DNA of 64,000 bases from Nanobdellota archaeon (GCA_021799085.1 JAJZBD010000002.1:103376-167375); one strand, 5' to 3'. Counted from the first letter of the stretch, positions 47,724 to 57,460 are shown. The notes: generated from the letters alone by a model not told the origin. Numbers and translations are program-made.

Positions 47724-48611
47724 CCTAAATTTAAGGCATCTGATATCACCGTTGTAGTATCAACGCATAGTTCAGATGTTTTTGAAAAATGTGTAAGATC
47801 GGTTTATAATCAACGTCCAAGGGAAATAATCTTAATTTTAGATGATCCAGATGAGAAAACAGAGAAAGCTGCCGAATCCTTAAAGGGAATATCAAGGATA
47901 GTTAAGACACGTAAATCTATGTTTATATCAAAAACAAGAAACTTGGGCATAAAATTATCCAAAACACCTTTAATTGCCTTTTTAGACGGAGATTGTATTC
48001 CCACTAGAAATTGGATTAAACAGATCTTGAGGGCATTTCAGTTTGGAGATATAGTTTATGGTAAGAGATTATCTTATTTAAAAAAGGGTAATTGGAGAGA
48101 GGTTAGGTATAGGGCCAGATCTGGAAAATACGCGGAGAAAAGGATACGTGTTTTCACAAAAGATAACATGCAAGATATGTATTTAATATCTGGGCAAAAT
48201 CTGGCTTGCAAGAGAAGTTTAGTTGATAACTTTAAATTTGGAGGGGATCAGGATTGGCAGAAAGGAGGAGAAGATGTTGATTTTCAATTTTGGTCCATTG
48301 GGAGGGGCTATAAATGTGTATTTAACCCAAAGATGATAGTAATCCATCATCATCCTCAAAGTCTTTTCAAACATTTTAAAAAAGCTATAGATTATGGATT
48401 CGCCGATGGTTTCCTATTTCAAAGGCATCCTGAAGTCAAACAGAATAAATGGTTTAATAACTATACACCAAACTTATTACACTCCGTTTCATTATTAGAT
48501 TTTAATTTATTTTTGGCAGACCTTTTCGATTATATGGGTACTAAAATCGGTCGCTTATTATTTAGATTTTATAAAATTAAAAGACATATGAAAGGCAAGG
48601 AGAAAATATGA
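47700..48611 (+). CDS. Glycosyltransferase family 2
   Basis: ITVVV, EIILILDD, RNLG, FLDGDC, GEDVDF, V.HHH. Confidence 0.88.
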   Translation: MKNDVDQNPKFKASDITVVVSTHSSDVFEKCVRSVYNQRPREIILILDDPDEKTEKAAESLKGISRIVKTRKSMFISKTRNLGIKLSKTPLIAFLDGDCIPTRNWIKQILRAFQFGDIVYGKRLSYLKKGNWREVRYRARSGKYAEKRIRVFTKDNMQDMYLISGQNLACKRSLVDNFKFGGDQDWQKGGEDVDFQFWSIGRGYKCVFNPKMIVIHHHPQSLFKHFKKAIDYGFADGFLFQRHPEVKQNKWFNNYTPNLLHSVSLLDFNLFLADLFDYMGTKIGRLLFRFYKIKRHMKGKEKI

Positions 48612-49369
48612 GTATCTTAGTTAAAACTGTCTTTGGTGATACGACCTTCTCAGATAATGTAGATAAATACCAACTTTATAAACGAATACCTGGAATAATT
48701 GATTTAAGAGAATCAGACAGAGAAATAAAACTTACAGGCAAGTTCAAAAACCTCTTAGATTTAGCTAAAACCACAGGGGACGAGATTACGATTAAAAAAA
48801 GTTATCTAGAATATCTTGGACAAAAAAGGGGGCTTTATATACTCCATTCTGCTGCGGTTTATAAGGGTGAAAATGCGGTGTTGCTAATGGGCGATAGCTT
48901 CGCTGGAAAGACGCAAGCTGTAATTAGTTTAAAGGAGGATTATAAAATTATAGCGGATGATCATATCATTGTAAAAAAGGAAGCGGATGGGATATTCACC
49001 GCTGGAGCAAATCGGATCGGTAAAACAAGAGGGGTTGAGAAATTTATAGATTTTGGCCCGGATTCTCTTGTAAAGAAAAAGATAGTCTCCGCCGTATATT
49101 TGAAAGTGGTGGATGCTAAGGTTAAAGGGAATAAATTTTTTAAAATAGATAGTAAAGATCTAGCTTATATTGTGTGGGTTCAGATATCATCCGCTATAAC
49201 ATCAATAGGAAAATATCTAGGTGATATGGATAAACCAATCCCTCCTTTTGATAATGACCTTTTAGCGAAGAAAAGAATACAATTTTCTAAGAATTTTAGG
49301 AAAATACCATTTTACTTATATGAGGGAAGTATAAGTAGGTTAGAAGCTAAGATGAAAACTTTACTTTGA
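48608..49369 (+). CDS. HPr-kinase-related P-loop kinase
   Basis: LHSAAV...AVLLMGDSFAGKT...IIADDHIIV. Confidence 0.75.
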   Translation: MSILVKTVFGDTTFSDNVDKYQLYKRIPGIIDLRESDREIKLTGKFKNLLDLAKTTGDEITIKKSYLEYLGQKRGLYILHSAAVYKGENAVLLMGDSFAGKTQAVISLKEDYKIIADDHIIVKKEADGIFTAGANRIGKTRGVEKFIDFGPDSLVKKKIVSAVYLKVVDAKVKGNKFFKIDSKDLAYIVWVQISSAITSIGKYLGDMDKPIPPFDNDLLAKKRIQFSKNFRKIPFYLYEGSISRLEAKMKTLL

Positions 49370-50440
49370 TGAAACTAATTTAATGTAGGTCTTTTCAATT
49401 TCATCTACATTCCTTTTTATAGAAAAATTATTAATTATATTATTCCTAGCTACTTTACCAAAACTTCTGTATCTTTCTAATAGATAGCTTATTCCTTTAC
49501 TTAATGCGGTTATATCACCAGCTAGAACTATCAATCCTCCTCCCATATTGATTGCTTCATTCATACTTCCACCAGTAGTAGTTACTACTGGAACACCGCA
49601 GGACATCGCTTCGAGCATAGTCGTTAGTATGCCCTCTCGTTTAAGTGATGGGAAAACCGCGATTTTTGATTCAGAGTACAGATAAGGTAATTTTTCCATG
49701 TTTACATAGTCCATAAATTTTGCGTCTACATCCAACTTTTTTGATAGATCAATCAGTTTCTGCTTTTCTGGACCTTCACCAATTATTATTAACTTCAACC
49801 TGCTATTCTTTTGGGATCTTATGAGCTTTCTCACACCCTTTACTTTTATTAATCTACCGACATATATTATATCATAGATCTTCTTTACTCTTCTTGGTTT
49901 AAAGAAATCTGTATCTATTCCATTCCTTATAACGATGTTTATCTTCCTACTAAACTCAGGATATAATCTTCTCCATGCCGCTTTAATCTTATCACTAACA
50001 CTTATTATCAAGTCAACCTTTTTCAGTACTGAAACATAAAATTCAATTCTGCTATCTGGGATACCATGAAGATTTAAGACTATTGGATGCCTCTCTATGA
50101 ATTTAAGATCTAAAGTATGCTGAGATACCAATATATCTGGATTAATATCTTTAATTATTTTCCTTGATTTCAATTGAAGATCAAAGCTTTCCTTTTTCCA
50201 GAAATTGAATAAATCCTTATCATTCAATGGTTTCTCAAAGAATTTTGTATTTGATGGCTCATATACCTTTATTTTAGATTCTTTAACTTTTTTGAAGTAC
50301 TCCGTCTCCTTATCGGTTCCAGTGGTTATCAGGTGGATTTCATGCCCTCTCTTTTTCAATTCTATCATCTGTGAGATCGGAATCAATTCTCCTCCCCCAA
50401 TATAATAGGAAATCCTCGGTTGTAAGAAGAGCATTTTCAT
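49361..50440 (-). CDS. Glycosyltransferase family 4 (GT-B)
   Basis: GGGE, NGID, VGRL..KG, FPS..EG....LEAMSCGVPVV. Confidence 0.9.
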   Translation of the reverse strand: MKMLFLQPRISYYIGGGELIPISQMIELKKRGHEIHLITTGTDKETEYFKKVKESKIKVYEPSNTKFFEKPLNDKDLFNFWKKESFDLQLKSRKIIKDINPDILVSQHTLDLKFIERHPIVLNLHGIPDSRIEFYVSVLKKVDLIISVSDKIKAAWRRLYPEFSRKINIVIRNGIDTDFFKPRRVKKIYDIIYVGRLIKVKGVRKLIRSQKNSRLKLIIIGEGPEKQKLIDLSKKLDVDAKFMDYVNMEKLPYLYSESKIAVFPSLKREGILTTMLEAMSCGVPVVTTTGGSMNEAINMGGGLIVLAGDITALSKGISYLLERYRSFGKVARNNIINNFSIKRNVDEIEKTYIKLVSSK

Positions 50441-50481
50441 ATGATAATATTTATATCGTAATATTTACTTAAATTTAACCT

Positions 50482-51621
50482 ATGGTTGAAAGGGCATCTA
50501 AAGGCATCTTGAAAAGGGGAGAATTCATTCTTTTAGATTTAAAGAAAAGGAAGAACGGAAACATTTGGGAATTTCCAGGTGGGCATCTAGAGGCCGGTGA
50601 AACACCGTTTGAAACCCTAGTAAGAGAATTAAAAGAAGAAGTATGTGTAAACGTTAAAGATGCCATATTAATAGGTAAAAGAAACAGTGCATTTTATTCG
50701 AATGTAACTGCTATAGAATATTTCTTTTTAGTTAAAGATTTCTCAGGGGAGCCAAAACCTCTTGATATTGAGGAGAAAGAGATAATTGACGTCAAGTGGG
50801 TAAGGATATATGAGATCATTGATATTCCAAACTTAGGTTGGAGTGTAATAGATGGTATTAGATTTCTTTCCAATGTCTTCCCCAAATACCGTAAAATATA
50901 TGAAAATCTAAAGAAGATGTTTGAATCTAGGATGTCAAAGTCTTTTGATTATTTCTTTTATTCAAACTCGGTGTCAAAATGGTGGAAAGAAGGTAATCTG
51001 AAACCAAAGGAGGTATTCCTAGCGGAGGAGAAATTAATTGAAAAGATCGTTCCATCACTTAAACCGCCAATAATGGAAGTTGGACCTGGGTATGGTAGAA
51101 TAACAAGGATATTAAATAAAAATTTTAAGAAAGTTTATCTTTTAGAGGCTAATCCAGACTTTATAGATCTTCTAGAGAAAAAATTTGGAGATAAGATAGA
51201 ATTTGTGGATGGAACGATGGAATCTATAAATTCAAAGATAAAATTCAATTCTATATTAGCATTTGAAGTCGTTGTGCACACAAAATTATTGGGAGAATTC
51301 ATTGGAGGCGTATCTAAGTCACTGAAAAAAGGCGGTAAATTTGTCTCCTCTTTAGATAATATGAACTCAGATTGGAGAAGGGTGCGTGACACATATAAGA
51401 AAGTATTTGGATTAAAGAATCCAGAATACTATAGAAAGACAGATCTAGAAACTTATCTAAAATTATTAGAAGAGGATGGATTAAAAGTGGAAGAGGTGTA
51501 TGAAATAGGTAAAAATTATACTGTATCCGTACCGATCTTAGGTAGAGAGGTTCCAATTCCTAGCCTTAAACCTATTAAGGCGCCTTATCTTTATTTGATT
51601 GTAGCTAAAAAGCTTAAATAA
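50482..51621 (+). CDS. Nudix hydrolase fused to class I SAM-methyltransferase
   Basis: PGGHLEAGETPFETLVRELKEEV; MEVGPGYGR, LLE, V.VH, LKKGG. Confidence 0.82.
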   Translation: MVERASKGILKRGEFILLDLKKRKNGNIWEFPGGHLEAGETPFETLVRELKEEVCVNVKDAILIGKRNSAFYSNVTAIEYFFLVKDFSGEPKPLDIEEKEIIDVKWVRIYEIIDIPNLGWSVIDGIRFLSNVFPKYRKIYENLKKMFESRMSKSFDYFFYSNSVSKWWKEGNLKPKEVFLAEEKLIEKIVPSLKPPIMEVGPGYGRITRILNKNFKKVYLLEANPDFIDLLEKKFGDKIEFVDGTMESINSKIKFNSILAFEVVVHTKLLGEFIGGVSKSLKKGGKFVSSLDNMNSDWRRVRDTYKKVFGLKNPEYYRKTDLETYLKLLEEDGLKVEEVYEIGKNYTVSVPILGREVPIPSLKPIKAPYLYLIVAKKLK

Positions 51622-51646
51622 GGGTTCTATTCATCCTATATATAAT

Positions 51647-52477
51647 ATGATAGTTGAAACAAAAAGAGGAAGTGTATATACATATAAAGTTGAGCTTGCT
51701 AAAGAAAAGTTGTATAAGAAATTGCCGGCCGTAACACGTTTAATCTCAGGAGCTAGAGGATCTAATTTAGAGGACATCTTATCATCTGAAGATATAATTA
51801 GAAAAATAGCGGATTTAGGTAGAATAAGTGAAAAGGAGATTTATAATCGTATAAAAAGCGAATCAGATTTACTTGAATTGATAGATCTTGGCCTAGAGGC
51901 CTATGGACAAGAGAAAGGTATATATTCCATTGAAGGTGTAGCAGTAATACGAGATAAGAAAGCCGTAATCTTACTCGGTCAAAGCCGCGCAGGAAAGTCG
52001 ACCGCTGCCTATTACTTGAAAGATTATTTCAGTATAGGTGGAGATGAACACTTACTTTTAACTTATAAAGATAATACACCCTATTTCATCGGCGGGAATA
52101 GATACTCTTTTACAAAACCTTGGAATAAAAATAAAGGGATAGTAGATTTTGGAGAGGATTCTAACTTAGAAGCCCAAATTGTTGGATTTGTCACCTTAAA
52201 ACTTAATAATTTTATGGATAGTAAGGACAAGGTGATAATTTCAAAGGAAGAGCCAGATCACCTTACTTACACGCTTAATGATTTAACATCGCAAAAAATA
52301 AGGGGTATTAATAAATATCTGGGCCAGATTGAATTTCCACTCCCCTCCGTGGATAGTGAATCTACTGCTATCAATAGAGTAGAATTCTGTAAGAAAATTA
52401 AATATGTACCATTTATATTCTATGAGGGGAATGAAATTAATTTGAAAGCAGTTGTTGAAGACTTACTTAATACATAA
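51647..52477 (+). CDS. HPr-kinase-related P-loop kinase, paralog of 48608..49369
   Basis: VILLGQSRAGKST...GGDEHLLL; shares DFG.DS, I..I.KYLG....P.P..D and PF..YEG with the paralog. Confidence 0.72.
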   Translation: MIVETKRGSVYTYKVELAKEKLYKKLPAVTRLISGARGSNLEDILSSEDIIRKIADLGRISEKEIYNRIKSESDLLELIDLGLEAYGQEKGIYSIEGVAVIRDKKAVILLGQSRAGKSTAAYYLKDYFSIGGDEHLLLTYKDNTPYFIGGNRYSFTKPWNKNKGIVDFGEDSNLEAQIVGFVTLKLNNFMDSKDKVIISKEEPDHLTYTLNDLTSQKIRGINKYLGQIEFPLPSVDSESTAINRVEFCKKIKYVPFIFYEGNEINLKAVVEDLLNT

Positions 52478-52567
52478 ACCAATATAGCATAAGAATTGAT
52501 GGGAAAAGTTTTGGATTCAATCCATATAAACTGAAAGCATTAAATTCTAAGATATACCACCAGTACT

Positions 52568-52955
52568 ATGGAATATAATGAATTTTTAACTATTCTTAAA
52601 TACCTGGATAAGAACTGGGAAAAACCATGGGAAGTAGAAGCTGAAATGTTGGATTTATTAAACAAGAGTAAAAAGTCAAGACTTGTTGAATTTGGGAAGA
52701 ACACCTCTACCGACGGAATATGGTCCGATGACTTATGTTGTCTTTGGTAATTACGCCAAGGGTAAAGAACATGATGTTGCTATTTTTGGTAAATTTGAAG
52801 GGAAAGTGCTTGAGTCTTATGATTACCTTCTTGTAAGGATACATTCTGAATGTAGAACAAGCGAACTTTTCCATGCTTCAAATTGTGAATGTAGACATGA
52901 ATTGGATTTTGCATTGAAACAAATGTCGAAGGAAAAGAAAGGGATATTGATATAA
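52568..52955 (+). pseudogene. ribA: GTP cyclohydrolase II paralog, +1 frameshift at 52691-52693 and 3' truncated
   Basis: Two ORFs align in order to the first half of 33910..34680 and stop at KGILI. Confidence 0.88.
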
Positions 52956-53413
52956 TAATAGATTATGATGCGCTTAAGAAATTACGGTACATATATTTAT
53001 TAAGGAAAAACCCAAAGCCATCTAAATATGAGATAAAAACCCCCAAATTTGATATAGATATATACCTGCCTTACTATTCCAAGTTAGCAATTCCGCCGGA
53101 GGAAGCATTAAAAATGACACGTTCGGTTGAAGGATTTACTTTGCCGATTCCTGAGGTATTGCTGCTTTTGAAGGTATCCGCATTTAATTCAAGGAAGGAT
53201 AGCATAAAAGGACAAAAGGATTTGGTCGATATTCTGGGATTGCTCCTGTTTTCAAATGTAGAAAGATCTAAATTAATGGAATTAGCAAGAACTTATTCAG
53301 TTAATTTATTGCCACTAAAGGCAGCGATAAGGAGAGTGGATGATCAAACATTAAGATATCTAGGATTAAACAGGCATGAATTTTCAAAACTAAAAGATAA
53401 GCTATTTTTGTAG
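52940..53413 (+). pseudogene. 5'-truncated nucleotidyltransferase-like gene
   Basis: Frame of ORF 53114 is open upstream as RDIDIIIDYD...KYEIK...DIDIY.PYYSKL; the N-terminal GG motif is missing. Confidence 0.7.
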
Positions 53414-53746
53414 CATTAAAAATTTACGTTAATAAATGATTCATTTGTACTGCGTAGAACAGAAAGTACTTTATAGAATGATTTGAAGCTTCTCTACGAA
53501 GAAGTGCGGGATTAGATTATTTAGAATAGCAAAGCTTAAACCTAGTAGCCTAAAACGATTCTTTCTCTTTTAAAGAGAGTTTTCATCCACAAAATCGGCA
53601 AGTTCTTTAGCTTCTTCTAACACATTAAAATTCTCCACTCCGTCCATTACATCTAAATCAGTTATTATCAACTGTACATTGTATTAATCAGGTATTTTAA
53701 AGATGTAAAGTGCTTCTTTGTCGTTCTTTGTATTTTCTACCAAATC

Positions 53747-54103
53747 TTACTTTTTAAAGTATAAATTGCCTACGTTTTTGCCTTCCTGACCATAGTATTT
53801 AAAGGTAAACTCAAGATTTTTGTTCCCTATATCCATCCCCTTTATGTTCAGTTTTTCCTTAGTTTTGACAACCTCCTTTACAGTTTTACCCTCTATTTCT
53901 AAGATAGGTTTTATCAAGGGCCAGTATGCTATATCTATTTCTACCCCCTTGTAAAGCCATTTTTCAACTTTGTTTTCCTGGTAAATAGGTTTCATCTTCA
54001 ATGCTTTTTTGAATATTTCAGTTGCTTTTTTGAAATCTCCTACATCAGTTTCTATTTCTTCTGTGTTTCTTAGACCGCTTCCCGCTCTGTATTTGTACGT
54101 TAT
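53747..54103 (-). pseudogene. 5'-truncated inverted copy of the CYTH gene 39742..40290
   Basis: Blocks of 80, 81 and 62 nt are identical to the forward copy; the first about 60 codons including EIETK are missing. Confidence 0.9.
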
Positions 54104-54271
54104 AATACCGGTTAGAATAACAAATTAAATGCTTCCATTTAACTGTTTTCAGGCAGATTTTATGTAGTTAATAGACCACACATCTTTATCTATCAGCATT
54201 ATTACTGTAGGACAGGATTACGCAAGAATTTACCTTATTACATTTAAATATCTTTATTGGCTTGATTAATA

Positions 54272-56401
54272 ATGAAAGCAGGTAAAAAACCTAGAAAAAA
54301 GACTAAAAAAAGCAAAAATATTAGATATGTCCTGCCAATTATTGCCATTGTCATTGTAGCCATAGTTTTAGTTTTGATACTTTCTTCAAACCACACTTCT
54401 AAGAGCAGAATTTTAACACCTCAACCGCATGAAACTGTTCTGTCTTTTAACGGTTTTGTAGTGGCTAACCAGAAAATTAATAACTCGTTTATATTGCCCG
54501 CATACAAATATGAAGCATTTGAAATACCTGTAGCTGCGAATAGTTCCAGTTATTACGCTGGAACCAGTTTTTTGTATTCAGTCAATGCAAATACTTCTGT
54601 AAATGCTGTTCTTATGGACAAAGAACAGTTCAATGCGTTTAACTCTACAAAGAATTTTACTGATAATATTCTCCTACAGAATGGAAAACATAGTATAAAC
54701 GAATTTTTGTCAAACAAAAGTGGAGATTACTATTTAGTTGTATTTGGAAGCAGCCAAGTATCCTCTGTAAATGTACAATTAAATTCAACCACTGATTTAT
54801 ATTCAAATAACAGTGAGTTAACACCAGGATTCTACCGAATTATAAATCAAAGTACTTACTCTGTTCAAATGCCACTAACAATGAATGGCTCTTATGGTAC
54901 TTTTTTGATATCTGCAGTGGCAAATGCATCATTCAATCTAGAAGTATACGATAATTCAACTAATTCGATTGCATTTTACTCTCCAAAGATTACTGTTACA
55001 AACATGTCTGGTACGCAGGTTAATAACAGCTTTGTATATGAATTAAATTTAAGCAAAGGGCAGTATACCTTAAAGATAATTAAATCCAGCAAAAGTCCAT
55101 TGCTTTTATCTACAGTTTACTTATACCTCCCTAAAGCGGTTAACCCTCTCATTGAAAACAGCAATTCATATGCTAGAGGCTTAGCATCCTATGGAGTAGA
55201 GAACAATTCCGGTAAACTAACTAGTTATAGTATAGAAACACCGGCACTTATGGGCTTTGCACACATAAATTCCTTGTATTCTTATTATTCTTCGCAGTTT
55301 GGACAGTCCCACCAGATATCTTTGCAGCTAAACGGCGTGCTGACAGTTACCAACAATAACGGCAATAAATTCAATTACTGGGTTCAAGATACTGCAGACA
55401 TAAACTCACAGACTAGAACCATTTATTTTGAAGACAATGTCTGGAATTTTTCTTATTATCCAATACATCCTTTTTATTTGACGAATCAATCGATAAAAGG
55501 TGATGGTGCCGTGTATTATAGCAATACAAGCTCCCAAGCATTCTATGCAGATTCTACAAACAGCTCTTATTTTGACTTTCCATTGACATTCGCATTAATT
55601 GAAACGGCATACGTTAGAAATGGCACTGGTGTAAATATAAATACATGCTATCAGCCACTGCAAGGCAACGTATACAACTCCAATGTTTTGAATCCCGAAA
55701 TAGGCTGCTATGACAACATAACGATTTCTGATCCAAACGTGGAATCTGCGGAGTTTTACATAACCGGGGCAAACTATCCAAGCTTTAGCCTGCCACAGTT
55801 TTACGATGCTGAGTTTGTATTTGGGGGAGGATACAACGGTTCTCACAGCATTATACAGTCAATAAATGCGCAATTAGGACTTTATTATTATAATGAGTCT
55901 ACTACCAGCTACGTACAATTCCCCTCTTACTATCCGATAGGAGGAGATACTGGCGAGACTGCAAATAATCTAAACATAAATTACAATGGATTATATGCTT
56001 CTGCTACCGCTGGAAATGATAACATTGACTATTTAGGGCAAAGCAATAGTTTTATGCCCATTATAAACGTAAATAATGTTAATTTTACAGATCAAATCAA
56101 CTTTACTAATCTAAATGAGGTACAAAATTACAGTGGGGGTAACTTAACGGGGTTTTCTACATCTGCTGGCACTTATTATACGGATGACATAATAAGTTAT
56201 GATCCATTTAGCCAGTATACATGCATTTTAACCAGTATTAAATCAACTACGCCAAACCTTTATTTAGCTTCAGAAAATATAACTTTACCCTACACATTTT
56301 ACTCTGATTCTACTGTACCATGGGATTTCCAGATATTTTCATCTCCTTTTTACAATTATACTGGTAATTTAAACATACTTCAGAACTGGCAATGCTCATA
56401 A
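54272..56401 (+). CDS. Thermopsin-family (A5) acid protease, membrane-anchored
   Basis: GLASYG, SLQLNGVL, YWVQD, DNVWNFS, DAEFVFGG..NG, DTGET. Confidence 0.85.
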   Translation: MKAGKKPRKKTKKSKNIRYVLPIIAIVIVAIVLVLILSSNHTSKSRILTPQPHETVLSFNGFVVANQKINNSFILPAYKYEAFEIPVAANSSSYYAGTSFLYSVNANTSVNAVLMDKEQFNAFNSTKNFTDNILLQNGKHSINEFLSNKSGDYYLVVFGSSQVSSVNVQLNSTTDLYSNNSELTPGFYRIINQSTYSVQMPLTMNGSYGTFLISAVANASFNLEVYDNSTNSIAFYSPKITVTNMSGTQVNNSFVYELNLSKGQYTLKIIKSSKSPLLLSTVYLYLPKAVNPLIENSNSYARGLASYGVENNSGKLTSYSIETPALMGFAHINSLYSYYSSQFGQSHQISLQLNGVLTVTNNNGNKFNYWVQDTADINSQTRTIYFEDNVWNFSYYPIHPFYLTNQSIKGDGAVYYSNTSSQAFYADSTNSSYFDFPLTFALIETAYVRNGTGVNINTCYQPLQGNVYNSNVLNPEIGCYDNITISDPNVESAEFYITGANYPSFSLPQFYDAEFVFGGGYNGSHSIIQSINAQLGLYYYNESTTSYVQFPSYYPIGGDTGETANNLNINYNGLYASATAGNDNIDYLGQSNSFMPIINVNNVNFTDQINFTNLNEVQNYSGGNLTGFSTSAGTYYTDDIISYDPFSQYTCILTSIKSTTPNLYLASENITLPYTFYSDSTVPWDFQIFSSPFYNYTGNLNILQNWQCS

Positions 56402-56665
56402 AAATGAAGCAAATAAAATATTTAGGCTAAAAATAAACTAATATTTTAACAAATTTTACCATATATAAACTAAATCCTATATAAACAATAGAATTTTAAA
56501 ATTAGTATATGACTGAAGATATTGTTCTTAGATTTACTTTTATCTACTTAAATTAATATATTTTATTTCTAAATAAAAGTTTCAATCATAAAAAATGGAA
56601 GCCTTGAATCAATAATCCTGATTATTATCTTTAATATATTTAAATATCCAGAAATTAAGATTAAT

Positions 56666-57460
56666 ATGAAAGGAAAAATAATCCCTCTGGTTATATTTCT
56701 TGTTATTGCAGTAATTATAATAGCTATTCTGTTTAGTAAATATGTCAGCAAACCCAGTAGCATCACTCTCCCATCAGTTCCACCTAAAAGCATTTTGCCC
56801 GTATTGCTGTCAAATTCACAAACAAGTTATAACCTTGCAAACAAATTTGGATTAACATACAGGCTCTACTTCGTAAATACCTCAAACGGAGAAAACTACA
56901 CAGGTAACTATTCCTTCTTTAATAACGGAAATTTATTCAATATTTCGCTTTATTCTTCACAGCAATTGCTGCCGAATGTTGTAAAAATAGAGCATGTTTA
57001 TTCTTCATTCAATACAACTAAGATATCACAGTGCTTCAAAACTTACTTTGCCAACACCAGTGCAGTTAACAGCACATTGATAGCAGCAATAAACAAAGCC
57101 AACGCCAATTCAACTGAAACATGCTCTGTACCATTAAGTATACCTTCAAATATAAGCGCATTTGATGCGGCTTATTCAATAAATACACTTCCGGCAGTTC
57201 TCTTTACACCAATTGCAGGCTATACCCTCTATTACTTTGATCCAAGTGATATATTCATAAATAGCACAATTAAGTCACTGGGCCAGAGGAATTATTTGGG
57301 GCAAGGCTGCAACTTATACAACATAACCATAAAAAGCTACCCTGAAAACGTAACTTTGATGGAATGCATTTCAAACAAATTCGGCTTACCTTTGTCATCT
57401 GTTGAGGAATCCAGCAACCAAATCTTAATGTCAACCAACATTTCTTCGTTTGAAAGCTAA
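56666..57460 (+). CDS. Membrane-anchored surface protein (Cys-motif family, copy 3)
   Basis: N-terminal TM; YLGQGC...ECISNKFGLP. Confidence 0.7.
   Translation: MKGKIIPLVIFLVIAVIIIAILFSKYVSKPSSITLPSVPPKSILPVLLSNSQTSYNLANKFGLTYRLYFVNTSNGENYTGNYSFFNNGNLFNISLYSSQQLLPNVVKIEHVYSSFNTTKISQCFKTYFANTSAVNSTLIAAINKANANSTETCSVPLSIPSNISAFDAAYSINTLPAVLFTPIAGYTLYYFDPSDIFINSTIKSLGQRNYLGQGCNLYNITIKSYPENVTLMECISNKFGLPLSSVEESSNQILMSTNISSFES

Noticed and set aside
54272-56401. Thermopsin as a novelty
   Set aside because: Expected in acidophilic archaea; useful only as a habitat indicator.
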